In this document: piece after piece, positions 39,256-52,390 of the stretch | Layout of the letters: each line of letters opens with the position of its first letter | Numbering within the stretch: the first letter of the stretch is position 1 | Assembly (NCBI RefSeq): GCF_018350175.1 | Contig: NC_058368.1 | Coordinates: 169,448,001 to 169,512,000 of the forward strand | From: Felis catus | Lineage: Eukaryota | Direction: 5' to 3' | Length of the DNA: 64,000 bases | Made by a program: the position numbers and the translations under genes | Notes under the pieces: generated by a model | Seen by the model: only the letters and a program-made list of their open reading frames with translations | Database searches by the model: none | What the model was told of the DNA's origin: nothing

Positions 39256-40885
39256 CTGGAGGGTAGTGGAGTTGTAAACCAGGATATAAGAAAGGACTTC
39301 TACTTTTCTTAAATTTAGGGTGTGTCACATAAGCTCTGTTCTGCAAATTAGCAGAGTTGTGTTTAACCTGTACCTTAGACCTGAAGCTGGAACTTGGTGA
39401 TGGGACCCTGAAGGGTGAATATTTTACAGCTGGACAAAATGGGTTGGCTCTGGCCTTGCTTCAGAGTAGATGTTTTCACTAACTTCTGGGGACAGAAAAC
39501 ATGTTATTTTCTTGAGGCCATGGCTCACAGGCCAGTCCGTAAGCTGGAGACAGGGGAGTTTTCCAGGCCTTGTGCCTATAATCTTATCAGCTAGTGCGTA
39601 GCCAAGTTCAGACAGTATCAGGATTCTGTGCTTTAAAAGTGTATCTATTTTTGTGACTCTTGGCTTTGTTTAGGTTTTAAATAAGTACCTCTTAAAGGAG
39701 AACCACAGAACTTTCTTTGGAGGTGGGGTATTAAATCTGGGCTGGACAGAAACAGCCCTGTTGCAGAACAACCATCGAAGGCATGCAGAGCAAGGCAGTG
39801 GGGAATCAGGAGAGCTGCAGGGCCGGAGAAAGGACCAGAAGGAATAACAGAGACTACTAACACATCCTCCTTCCCAGCTGGTTTTCAAAGATTTATTGAC
39901 TCATCCTTGGGAGTGTTATATTTATTAAAGTCATAAATTCTGAAGTGAGAGAGATGTTACTATCTTAAAATACTTTGTATTCACTTTTTATATAATTTGT
40001 TCGATATCTTCAAATTTTTTGTAACCCACTTATATATTAGGATATAATTTTTTACATAATTTAAATTTTGCCACAGTCGCTTGTGTTCTTTGTCCCATTT
40101 AGTATTAGAGGGAATATTAGAGAGAGTATTAGAGGGAAAAATACAAGGTTTTAAGGTTTTGTGGGGGGTTTTTTGGCAGTATTTTTTCCTTTGTGTCCAA
40201 ATAGGTTATTACCCAGGACTACTACATTGGAAGCTTAAGACGACATTTGAGCATTAAGAAACTGAGTCTTAATTTTAAAAATTCTTCCATTTTTAAATGA
40301 TTATGCCTTGTTGACTCAGTTGTAGTTTTATTTTTAGAATAAAAAGGGCAAACAGAACATATGCTAAATGAAGGCATAGCTGTAGATGCATTTCCATTCT
40401 GATACATGTTTTAAAATATATGAGATTAATTGTAAAATAAAGACAACTCAGAGTAAAAAGTAATTATCCAGTGTTGTATTTGAAAATGCTGAAATATTTG
40501 CTCATAGTCACATTTCATCAGAAATTGTTTGCTTGCTGTTTAGTTCCTATTAATTTCTACTAGATTGTAGTAGAAGTAAAACAGGGCAAGAAGGAATTGA
40601 ATGGAATTATTTTTCATTAGAAGCAGATGGGGGCGGGGATTATTTATCAGGATAGTTAAGTAACACGGTAGCATTTTAAGAATTTGAATGGTAATTAAAT
40701 GTTTTCTGCCTTAAACTCTTCAGTTAATGTCTGCAGAAATAGCTTTATCTAGTAAAGTGCATACACACAGTACAGCAATGAATAGCTTTGAGCAAATATT
40801 TTCCAACATTAACTTTAAATTAAAAATGGTAATACACGGTTAAATTTACTTTTTTTCCCCTTTATTGTGTCTTTTATATTTTTAG

Positions 40886-41030
40886 ATGTTGGATGTTTAC
40901 AGTCTGATTCCTTTTGACAACCCAGATGGTGGAGTTTGGAAACAAGGATTTGACATTAGCTATGTGTTTAATGAATGGGATTCTAAGCCCCTTCAAGTCT
41001 TTGTGGTGCCTCATTCCCATAATGACCCAG
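40886..41030 (+). CDS. MAN2A1: MAN2A1 coding exon 3: start of GH38 catalytic domain with Zn-binding HSHND motif
   Basis: Acceptor TTTTTAG|ATG. Reads [48 protein letters not shown](G). Donor CAG|GTAAAA; 145 nt, ends phase 1. Confidence 0.97.
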
Positions 41031-41429
41031 GTAAAATTTACACTTCAAAAAAACTACAGGTTATTAAGCCCATATAGGCACAGAGTATTTTAATGAGAAT
41101 GTGGTAGACCTAATTTCTCACATTTTTGAGACAGTATTTGCTGACTTGTGACAGCAACATATTCCATTTATATGTCTTGTATTTTGAGTTTTTTATCAGT
41201 TTGTGTGCCATTCACAGATAGGACTTCTGCAATATGAAATAGTAATAAACACAAGAAGGTCTTAGTTTGGGGGTTGAAAAGTTGCACTCACTTAAGGGGC
41301 TGATTGTTCATTTTAGTTACTTTTCTCTAAAATATTGCATGAGAGAATTATTTTGTGTTCATAAACTCTACATTACAAAATGCAGAGTGTTTATGGGAAC
41401 ATTTGAATCTTCCAAATGGAGAAGCAAAA

Positions 41430-41625
41430 TGTAAAGTGGTTAAGAGCCTTGGTCAGGCAGATGTGAGTGTGGAGTCCCAACCCCATCAGTGTGAGACAAC
41501 TTTAGGCAAGTTACTTAATATTAAAGTAAGTTTTTTCCTAATAGAATCAAGTTAAAGTGTCTGCTTCATAGGATGAGATGTTAAGGCGTGATGCATGGCC
41601 CAAAAGTAACTGCTGTCGTTATCAT
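41430..41625 (+). mobile_element. MIR SINE (degenerate)
   Basis: agtggttaagagc...actttaggcaagttacttaat. Confidence 0.55.
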
Positions 41626-42721
41626 TGTTATTATTTCATTTGACAACTTTTGTTACTTATTGGTGCCACAGATTTTTCCCTCCAAGGTAAGGGAAAATTG
41701 CTAAAATTACAGTGGGAAATATGATTCGATGTATATATTTGTGAGTGTGAGTACACTGGCACAGAAGAAATACTTAATGAATTCCACTGCAGGAATTTTT
41801 TTTTGGGGGGGAATGCACTTCCAAAGACTTCTTCCGAAGGACTTACTTAGGCTTCTATTTGTTACTTTTCTCAGCTTCTCCATTTCATCATTACTATCAG
41901 AGGCACCATTATTCACCTGTACTTTGAAGTTTTTTCTTTATTCCCACATTCATTTATCTCCGACTTACATTCTTTCCCACTGGTTTATTGGCATGTATTC
42001 CTTTCTTTCTGTTGCTAAGACAGTAGAACTTGTTACTCTATGTCTGGAAGTGTGATTTGGTGAAGTGTGTGTACAGGTGGGTGCAGGCACATGTGCTGCT
42101 TTTTTTGGGTGTGTGAGGTACACAGGGAGAGAGTTTGGATGCTGAAATGTTTGAATTTCCATAATACTTCAGTGTTTTTTATGCAGAGAGGTATGAAAGA
42201 GAGGAAATTAGTATTATTCTGGAAATTTGTGTTGAGCAGTTGCTGCACTAGCTTCTGACTTGGTTTCTCTTTGGTCTTAATGACTTTACCTTTTCCTACA
42301 AATACCTTTCAGCCTTATTAACCTTTCCTCTTAAATGTTTTGCATCATTTTCCTCCTTCGTCTTAGCCTGTCCCTTCAAATCCAAGTTCCGATGGCTGGG
42401 CATCATGGAAAGACTGCAGGGGTCTGGAACCTGGCAGAATGAGGCCCGCATCCCGGTTCTGCCATATACTTGCCCCCATGTCCCTGGGGGCACATTTGTG
42501 TATCTGTAAAATGCAGATCATATGGTTGGAGTAGCATCTTAAAGCAGGAGTTAGTTATCAAGTAAATACAAAAGGTGATGAAAATCACATCTAATTATAA
42601 ATCTCATTCACTCTGAAACATTCCCTTATTCAGTGAAACAGTGGCAGAGCCACTGTAGTATTTAAATTGTTCTCTCCTTTTTTCTGTGCCAACCATCTGC
42701 AGTTTTGTTCTTGTCACTTAA

Positions 42722-42931
42722 TTTGTTTTTAAGTGTTTATGTATTTATTTTGGGAGAGAGAGAGGGCACCTGAGTGGGGGAGGGGCAGGAAGAGGGAGAG
42801 AGAGTCTCAAGTAGGCTCCACACCATCAGCACAGAGCCCAATGTGGCGTTCCATCCCACAAACCATGAGATCATGACCTGAGCCCAAGTCAAGGGTCAGA
42901 CGCTCAACCGTCTGAGCCACCCAGGTGCCCC
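42722..42931 (-). mobile_element. Can-SINE
   Basis: TSD tgttc(t/c)tgtcacttaatt; ends ccaggtgcccc. Confidence 0.93.
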
Positions 42932-44093
42932 TGTTCCTGTCACTTAATTGGGTGTGTGATGTGATTCCATTGTGTCCAATTTCTTATAGGTTTATACATA
43001 CACTTTGTGCTATGTCTTGTGAGCCCTCGTGTGAATCCATTTCTCCTGTTTTTTAGATTTTTAAAGACTTTTTTTTCCTTTTTCCCCTTTTCTGCCATCC
43101 TCACTTTCCACCAATCTCATTTCTTGTAATTCTATAACATGCGCACTTAACTGTAGTAATAAAATTTGTAGTTTATCAGGCAGTCTGCCGAATGTTTTAT
43201 TAACATCTGATGCTCACAATAACCCTTGGAGATCAGTGTCACTATTCATGAGGAAGATGTTACCAAGTTTACGGTGGCAGGAAGTGGCCCCACAAGAATG
43301 CCTTATTAGTTTACCTGGATCTCCCACTTGAGTATACTCGAGAGTCAGAGTACATGTGCCTCCTGTTACAGTCGTCCTCATTGCCTAGCCTGCCACTTGA
43401 CATACAGTAACCGGTAAATATACATAAGGCCTTCTCCACCTGTCTCTGTGTGCCTCCTTAGCTTCTTGAACTTTGGATGCACACCTGTACATAGGCACAG
43501 ATGTAAACATTTGTAGCACTTCTGCATCGTCTCTACTCTAGAATGTAAACTCCATGAGGGCTCGCGCTTTGTGTTATAACCACCAGGCACTAACTCCCAG
43601 AATAGTAAGCGGCACATAGTACTGACTCATTCAGTTAAATAAGCTAAATGAGCCAGGGCATCTGACTCTGCAGCTTCAGATGAAGCATTTGACCTTGACA
43701 TGTGGTTTTATCTTCCCTCCTTCCCTTCTTCCTGTTGTCTTATTTTTATTCCTTAAAAAAATGTTTAAAATATGCTTTGTAATTTTAAATACAAACACCA
43801 GATGATATTAAGCTCTTCAAGGGCAGGGATTGCCTGCGCCTTTTAGATTCTGTTTTGTTTCCCTCAGCAGTGCGTTGAGCAGTGCCCGGTGTGGTTCATG
43901 TGTTGTTCTGTGGGGAGACATCCCTAATAACTGGTCCTGACTGCAATAGAGGAATCTGTCTCTTGGTATCTTAGCAACCACAATTGAATCTTTTTGTCTT
44001 AGTAAAAGATGTTAATGACCCTTACCCTCAGGCCCTCCTCCACTTGAGGAAAAAATAATGGTCAGACACAGACCTTTTAAAACTACAGGGAAT

Positions 44094-44148
44094 TTTTTCT
44101 TTTCTTTTCTTTTCTTTTCTTTTCTTTTCTTTTCTTTTCTTTTTTTTT
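44094..44148. repeat. (TTTTC)n microsatellite
   Basis: Direct reading. Confidence 0.95.
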
Positions 44149-44210
44149 ACTATAAAGTAAAATGCTAGAGAATAGAACCCACTGACTTTTTAAATAATTT
44201 TCACCGCTCC

Positions 44211-44435
44211 GGGGTGCCTGGGTGGCTCAATTGGTTAAGTGTCCGACTTCAGCCCAGGTCACGATCTCATGGTTCATGAGTTCCAGCCCCGCGTTGGGCT
44301 TTGTGCTGACAGCTCAGAGCCTGGAGTCCGCTTTGGATTCTGTGTCTCCCTCTCTCTTCCTCCCCTGCTTGCATTCCATGTCTCTCTCTCTCTCTCTCTC
44401 TCTCTCAAAAAAAAGATTTAAAAAAATAAAAAAAA
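44211..44435 (+). mobile_element. Can-SINE (only sense-oriented copy seen within the gene)
   Basis: ggggtgcctgggtggctcaattggttaag head, (CT)n, A tail; TSD tttcacc(g/a)ctcc. Confidence 0.94.
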
Positions 44436-46229
44436 TTTCACCACTCCTTAACAAAAGTAGAATTTAGGTAAACTAAATTGTTCTGTGACAAGCCAAATCA
44501 TTCAGATCATGAAGAACCACACTTTCAGTTGAGGAATAGAGAGAAGTATGTGCACAAACATTCCAAGTCCAAATGTGACTCTGTAGCAGGAAATCTTTGT
44601 GGAATACGCCTAAATGAATGTGCAATTAGGCGGTTTACTTTCTAAATGAGATTTATAGAGACTTGTTTGCATTTTCTACAGCAACAATTTAAAACTTTAG
44701 CTCGGTAGTTTGTTTCATTGGTGGAGTTTTGTCTGTTGGGGATAGAAATACTGAAATAGATTTTTAAAAGATTCCTGTATTTTCCCTAACTTTAAGAATT
44801 ATGTTAAAGAAAAAGAATTATGTTGTTGTGTTTTTATATATGTAGATATTTTTCTTTTTTGGACCATGTTCTGACATCTCATAAGACAGATAAATTTCAA
44901 ATTATGTTTATATTTTAATAAATTTCTAATTATGTCTTCTTCCAGCCCATGAGGGCATGTAACAGTTGTCATATATTTTATATGGTTTACATGAGTTAAA
45001 ACAAAATTGGAAGGGAATTGTTAAGTCAGTGCTGATAACTTTGTCCTGTTACGCTTTTAAAAAGTTTTGAATCACAGACCATGAAATTAAATGTTAGTTG
45101 ATTGATACATGTTCATGTTATATTTAATAAGCTGATTAAAACACAATTACAGCACCTTTGTATCTACAATCTTAATTCTTTGCTTCCCACTACTTAAACT
45201 GCTGAAATGTTTAGTTAATTTTCCTTCAAAGAAATCGCAGTGTGTAGAGAGAAGATAAGGTGTACTAAATGGAAAGTTGGACAGCATATTGTTAGTTAAG
45301 CAGTTTGTAAAATGAACATTAGAAAATAATCCCCCATGTGGTCTGACTCCAAATAGAAGGGAGACCTAGGTACAAGAGTCACACTGGAAAATAATTTTCT
45401 TTTGTGCATTTGCAGTTCTTTTACAGAGTTTTTATTGATTCAAATGAGTGAGTAGAATTTTTTGACTTTCTTTTGTGGCAAATTGAAAAACAGAATTTTG
45501 CATTTAGTACTGTATTATAATTTGAAATGAGTTTATGTCCTATTATTCTTAAAAAGCAAAAGAACAAAAACATGGGGAAATCACTGTGTAATGTTATTTT
45601 TAAAGCTTCTCTATTATTCTTAACAAATATTCTTAACAAAATATTGTTAAGAACAGTCATAAGAGAAGAGCTGTGGTCCCCCCACAGTTGGGTAATGCCC
45701 GGGTGGGCGAAAGCAGGGGGGACTTGGAACTCTGGCTTCCAAAGGAACCTGCTGAATAGAAGGAGATGGTGAGGAGAGGGGAAGTTTGTTTGTGGACAGT
45801 TTGGGGAGTCCTTTGTTCTGGTTAAGTGATTGAGAGATGAAGTGAATTCTTTGGTTTTGGCTACTGTGGTGGGAAATTTGAATTTCTGGAGCTAAGATAG
45901 TATGAGGAAGAACGGAGTGAGAACTGGTATTCATTGTGTATCTTACATTAGTTTGTGTAACACATTCTGCAACCCTCAACACCAGTAAATCACACGTCAT
46001 TTACCAGGTGAGGACAGTGAGACTAAGCAGGTATACTAATTTGTTCAAGATCCGTCAGTGAGATATTGGCACAGGATGGCAATTAAAGCTCAGATTTGCC
46101 TGATTCTGAGGTCTATGCTCTTTCCATTTACTATGCTGCCTCTCAAGATATGGTACTTAGTTCAAGTGATTTTCTTGCTTTATGGGCATTAGCTAATTCA
46201 GCACATTTATCTGAACTTTGGGTTGTTAA

Positions 46230-46405
46230 TAGGATTGCCAGATTTGGCTTAAAAAATGTTTACATTTCCAGTAAACAGTGGATAGTTTTTTTAGTATATA
46301 TGTCTTGCAGATCTCATATGGGATTCACTTATAGTAAACATTTATTCATTATTTATCTGAAATTCAAATTTAACTTGGCATCCTGTATTTTATCTGGTAA
46401 TCTTA
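46230..46405. mobile_element. MER53-like palindromic MITE
   Basis: Terminal inverted repeats taggattgccagat...atctggtaatctta; internal tatctgaaattcaaatttaact. Confidence 0.7.
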
Positions 46406-46689
46406 ATTAAGAAAATGTTGGCATTATGAGTTAAATATTTACATGGCTCTTTAGAATTATCTTTTTAAGAGATCTCTAGAGTTGGTATATTGAGGTTCTG
46501 TTTTAGAGGGGAAAAGTCCATTGGGGCTCTAACTGGACTGCATTCTTTAGGAGCACATGTATCAGGTATTACCTAGAGATGCAGGTGATTGTCACACATG
46601 TCCCCATTCTCCTATTTTGGTTACTTTTGTCTGTCTTTTGAGTCTGATGCTTCAGAGCTCACCACTGCACCAGTTATATAAATGATTGC

Positions 46690-46925
46690 TAATACTTATG
46701 GGACTTTACTATGTTTCAGGCACTATTCTAGGTACTTTACATGTATTAAATCCATTACTGCTCTTAGCAACTTCATGACAAAAGTCCTGTTATTACCCTC
46801 ATTTCACAAATGAGAAAACTAAGGCAGAAGAGAGTCCAGGTAATGTGTTCGTGTCAGGGCTGGGCTTTAACCCAAGCCGCCTGACTCTGGAATTAGGGCT
46901 TACAACCATTACTTAATACTGTCTC
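46690..46925 (-). mobile_element. MIR SINE
   Basis: ttattaccctcatttcacaaatgagaaaactaaggcaga. Confidence 0.75.
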
Positions 46926-49900
46926 TTGAAGGTAATACTTCTGAAACCCACAGGCAAAGCTTCCAGGAGGAAGGTCTTTTAAGTGTTTCCAAGCCAATGT
47001 CATCTACTTTAGTATTTTTAATGATAAAAAACATTTTATGAACTATCTTGGAAGAGTAGACACCTCACCACACTGTTCCTCATCCTTTTTTTTTTTTTTT
47101 TTTTTTTCCCCCTTCTGGTCTGTCTTTACTGAAATGGATGTCTCTGTCCTTAAATACTACTTGAGTCCATGAGATGGTGAGTGGTTTTCCTCATTGCTAC
47201 ATATTTTACAGTTAGAAAGTAATGTGGAAGCAGTATTTTCCAGCTTTTAAATGGTTTCTTTTAGAAACTTTGATTATATGCCCAGTATTTGCCTGCTCAT
47301 AAGGCTAAATAACCTCACGTACACTAAGAGTAACTCCTCGAAGGAAGTCACTGTTACTTTTACTTCTAAGGATGTCTCTCATATTATAGACCTGTCTCAT
47401 TATTTCAAACCACTGTGCTCTGTTTGGGGAAGACTTAGTAGGCCTGAAGTGTCCTGCTCCGTGTGAATTGATGATGCTCATGGATGGAATCCTTAACAAA
47501 GGAGGGAAGTAACTTTAGCACAGATTTAGAAATTATTGTGGAGGTTGATCTCATAATTTCAGGTGTCACATATCAAGGTACACAGGTCTTTTAAAGGACA
47601 TTTAGAAAAGCAATAGAGTAAAGGATCACAATTGGACATTGTGCATATTACAGCTGCAGGATGAACAAAACTCCAGCTCTCCTAACAGTGATGCAGATGG
47701 TTCCTGTGGTGTGGGATAGAATTACCAGTGACAGCATCTTACACTGGCTCAAAAAGTGCTGTATATCTCAAACACCTTAGTGGAAGTGAAGCTGATATGC
47801 TTTGAAATCTATTAGATGACACTGAATCACCTGGAAAAAGGTGAGGTTATTCTGGAAACTTGAGTTCAGAAGCATTTGTAGGATTCAGCAGGTTTAGGTC
47901 TTTGGAAAACCTCAGCTTCATCTTTGACTCTCTCTACTCTGTCTTGGAAACTTCAGTCAGCTAACATATGCTCTTCATTTTGCCTCATTGGCCTCTTATT
48001 TCTATTTCCAGAATCATTTTCTAGCAGAACTTGTGCAGTGGCCTCATTTCCTGTTTGTCTTGTACACTGAAGTATATCTTTTACGCTCACAGTAGTCATT
48101 TTTGAAAACACAGAAGACGTTAACTTCCTTCACTAAGAAACAAGAATGGCTCAGAAGATTTTCAGTGGTCTGCCCCCGCTTCTGTTTGTATTTCTCACTG
48201 TACCTCCACCATGTAAGCTCCGATACAGCCACACCTGGCTGCCTTCTCCCTGAGATTGACACAGGACTTCATGGCTTAGTGTCTTTTCCATATGCTCTTG
48301 CTTCTATTTGGGATCTACCCCCTTTTCCCTCTATCCACATGATGACTATTCTAAGAATCTTCTGTCCTTCTGCTAGGAATTTATCACTTCTTTATTCCCA
48401 TAGCATTTTGTTCTTATTTTTACTGTAGAATCTGTTTTCATTTATTAGCTTTTTTGCTTTGTCTTATTAGATGTTTGATTTGTGTGTGAATGGATAAACT
48501 AGAACAGGACATTAATTAAAACTCACAGTTTATTGTTTGAGTTATGATAACACCAATTAACATGGTATGCAATGTCTTAAGTGTAAGACTGGATGTTACA
48601 ATCAAATATGGAAGGATTTGACAAGTGATGGAAGAAGCCTGTTGATCATTTGTTGGTAGACGATGACTTCATTACTAAAATAAAGAAGCTTTCTTGTTTT
48701 ATGAATCCTCTGTACTTATTTTTAAATTAGAGAATACTATGTTAAAATGGAAGTAACATGAAGCTTAAGTTGCAGGTTTTAAATGTTTATTATCTTGTTA
48801 TAATTATTTTTCATGCAAGATTTATTATCTTTTCTTAACAGTTGGTACCTGTTTAACTGAGTAGAATTAATGTAGTCATTAAAAAATAATTGTCATAGTA
48901 GTGGAAATCACAACCGTGTAACAATGATTTGAGGGGCATGACTTCTTTGGGATGCATCTTTTAAATCATCTTGAGGCTGACAGAGCCTTTTTAAATATAA
49001 GCTAGTAACTTAAAGATATTGATCAAAGATGATTAGGTTAGCAGAACAGACAGTGGCTATGTTAGAGCTAATTGTGTGTGTGTGTGTGTGGTGTCTTTTC
49101 CTTTTTGTTTCATTTCTAGTTGAAGTAATAAATTTGTATTTATACTCTATATACCCTTTTCCCCCTATTCTTTTGGCTATACATTTCACTCATCTATCAT
49201 GTACTTATTCAACTCTTGATGGTGTAGTCTTCATACCAGGTGCTAGATTCATGAGAATTGACTAGTTGGGAGTTCAGGTTGTAGGTTCCCAAATTTATAG
49301 GACTTGGTGTAAAAGTATGTGGATGCCCTCAGACCCTTTGTGTAAACATTTGAAAGTTATAAATCAAACTGATACATGATAAGTAGAATAGGTCTTTTCC
49401 TCCTATCTTGAGGAATAGCACAGTTATCAGGAAGGCCACATGTGGGTTGAGATTGCTGGGGCTCCAGTTCCCCACTGGAATATGTTGAGTTTGTGTGGGA
49501 AAAGCCAGCCTGTGGGGCAGCCCAACCTCCTTGCCCAGAAATGGCCCTGTCCTAAACCAGGAGGGGCTTTGCTCACAGATGCACAGACACGCCAGCACTT
49601 TTCCCACATCCCTGCAAACTGTATCCCCCTGGCCATTGCTCAGGCTACAGAGATTACCACCTCCAGGTCAACTGTCCTTTAGAAAGACATATAGAAGGCC
49701 CCTTCTGGGCTCTAGAAACTGGCTTGGGGCTATTTGGACACATTTCTGGGTCATGGTGCTTAGGAGGGCAGGTCAAGGCGGGCTCTGGGTGGGCAGTTCT
49801 TTCTTTGCCTTGTGAAGGGGATGTGGTCAGAGGAAGAATAGGAAGATCCCTCAAGTCCAGTGCTCAGGGTGAGATACCCTTACCCAGGTCCTAAATCAGT

Positions 49901-50112
49901 GCTGTGTATGCCCTTGAACCAAATAAAACTAAGTGTTCCTCCAGAGGATGAAATTGCCGCAAAGTCTTCAGACTACAAAGCTAGATCAGGAGTCAAATTT
50001 CTAAAAATGGTGGTTTGTCAGCGAACAGTCACTAAGTGCTTAATTGTTCATGCACATTAAAAATAAGCAGTAGAGCTTTCAACATTACTAGGCTTTATAT
50101 TATAGAAATTAA

Positions 50113-50318
50113 ATTCTTTCAAGTTTTATTTCTTTATTTTGAGAGATAGAGCGCATGTGCACGCTCTTGTGCGTGTGCAAGTGGGTGGGGGAGGGGCAGA
50201 GAGAGAGGGGAGAGAGAATCCCAAACCTGACACAAGACTTGAACTCAGGAACGGGAGATCATGACCTGAGCCAAAGTCCAGAGTTGGCACTTAACCGACT
50301 GAACCACCCAGGTGTCCC
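50113..50318 (-). mobile_element. Can-SINE (internally deleted)
   Basis: gagatcatgacctgagccaaagtc...accacccaggtgtccc. Confidence 0.88.
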
Positions 50319-51291
50319 TAGAACTTAACTTTTTTTATGATAAAATAGAGCAAATTTAGAGTTATTCATCCTTTACAGAACTTCTAATTGTGTATTCTTT
50401 GTTGCAGATATTTCCTCACTTACTTAAAAATAGTGATTAGCTGTTTTATGGGTTAGAGTGTTGTTAGAGTGGAAAACAGTAAATGGAAAGGTTTTCTGTG
50501 TGCTGTTCTAGCCCTGGTTCAATTTCCAAGTGTATTCAAGGGAAAGAAAAAGGCTGTGAATTGACCACTTAAGTAAATCAGTTTGCAACTCAATGTCCTA
50601 AGATTATTAAATCCAGAGGTAGGAATCTAATTTTATGTCACAAAAATTCATCCCATACAACTTTTCATAAAATACTATCCTTCTGATTGGTCTCCTGTTA
50701 ATATACAGTTGTAGTTTTACAGTAATTTAGGGAAAGAAATAGCCAATTCAGTGTAAAAGGGAATACTTGATTACTCTATTGTATAAGAGCAATAAAAGCT
50801 AATTTACTGTTAGATTACTCAATATTGAAAGCTGCAAGAGGCTATCTTTTAGTTCATTCTTCATTAATTGTGCTATATTGTAGTGATATTAATGTCTATT
50901 ATAGATGAGCTTTATGGAAGGCTTTTAAGTTGACATCTCTGAGCATGTACTTTGGCTCATGTAAATATCTTTGACATATATCCTGCATGAATGTTGAAGG
51001 GCAAATGAAGTGTCGAAGGCAAAATGGATTAATCAGTCACTGTGATTCCTTTATGACAACTCCAATAATAAACTATTCTTTGAAAGGGTCTTAGCTAATA
51101 ATAAATTATAACTGATGAAAACAAGTAATTGTACTTAAAAAAAAAACTTGTTACTTATTCATCTTCATAAAGATGATTTCTTCTAAATTCATTTTCTATG
51201 TTAGGTTACTAGAGTTTTGTTATTGATTTTGGAGTCATTCCATTGTTCGTAGTTCTTTTACTGAGTAAGTAGCCAAATGATTAGGGCTTAG

Positions 51292-51535
51292 TTTTTTTTT
51301 GTTTTTTTTTTTTTTTAATTTTTTTTTTCAACGTTTTTATTTATTTTTGGGACAGAGAGAGACAGAGCATGAACGGGGGAGGGGCAGAGAGAGAGGGAGA
51401 CACAGAATCGGAAACAGGCTCCAGGCTCCAGCCATCAGCCCAGAGCCCGACGCGGGGCTCGAACTCCCGGACCGCGAGATCATGACCTGGCTGAAGTCGG
51501 ACGCTTAACCGACTGCGCCACCCAGGCTAAGCCCC
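51292..51535 (-). mobile_element. Young feline Can-SINE (SINEC_Fc-like) with altered 5' junction
   Basis: Nearly the reverse complement of the 2863-3090 copy; TSD agggcttagtttt. Confidence 0.95.
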
Positions 51536-51839
51536 AGGGCTTAGTTTTGATCTTTGTTAAAAATGTAGGTAAAAGTTGTGAGTGTTGCCTAAAGACGGTA
51601 GTTCTCATAGAGCCATTTCAATAATTTACGTGGTTCTTACTGCACATATAGAGTAATAATAGCATGGGGCAGAAATTGTTGTCACTTACGTGCATTTGAT
51701 TTCAGTTCAGTCTTGCAATATGGAGGTACTTTATATATTCAATTAGATATTATGACGGTGCTTAGTAAAATAAAAATTCTTCCCACATTGCATTCTTTAT
51801 TTTTGGGATGGTAGCAGCACTCATTTTTTTTCTAGGACT

Positions 51840-52167
51840 ATATGAGTTTACTAGGGCTGCCATACCCAAGTTCTGCAGACTGGGTGGCTTATTTCCTTAC
51901 AGTTCTGGAAGCTGCAAGTCCAAAATCGAGGAGGTGGCAGTGCTGGTTTCTTCTGAAGGTCTCTCTCCTCTATCTTTCCTCTGTGTGTGTCTGTGTCTAT
52001 CTGCTTGTCCTTACAAGGGCATATTGGAGTAGGGCGCACCCTCATGACTTTATTATACCTTAATCACCTCTTTAAAGACCCTGTCTCCAGATATAGTCAC
52101 ATTCTGAGGTACTAAGGTTTAGGATTTCAACGTAGGCATGTTGAGGGGACACAATTCAGCCTACAAC
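51840..52167 (-). mobile_element. MaLR solo LTR (MLT1A/B/C-like)
   Basis: ctagggctgccata...cagttctggaagctgcaagtccaaaatc...ggggacacaattcagcctacaac. Confidence 0.85.
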
Positions 52168-52348
52168 GGGCATAGAATTAATTCTTTGCAAACAATAATT
52201 TTGGGTAACCAGTATGTTTAAGACGTGGAACAATTTGTGTAAACATTCTAAATAAAGGTATCCTTTTCAAAACTTACATGTTAAAAATGTCTTTTATTTC
52301 CTTTTTTACCTGCTTCAATTATAGAGATGGGGACGGGGCAATTAAAAA

Positions 52349-52349
52349 C

Positions 52350-52380
<31 letters not shown>

Positions 52381-52390
52381 CGACGACGAT
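52349..52390. repeat. (GAT)n(GAC)n microsatellite
   Basis: Direct reading. Confidence 0.92.
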
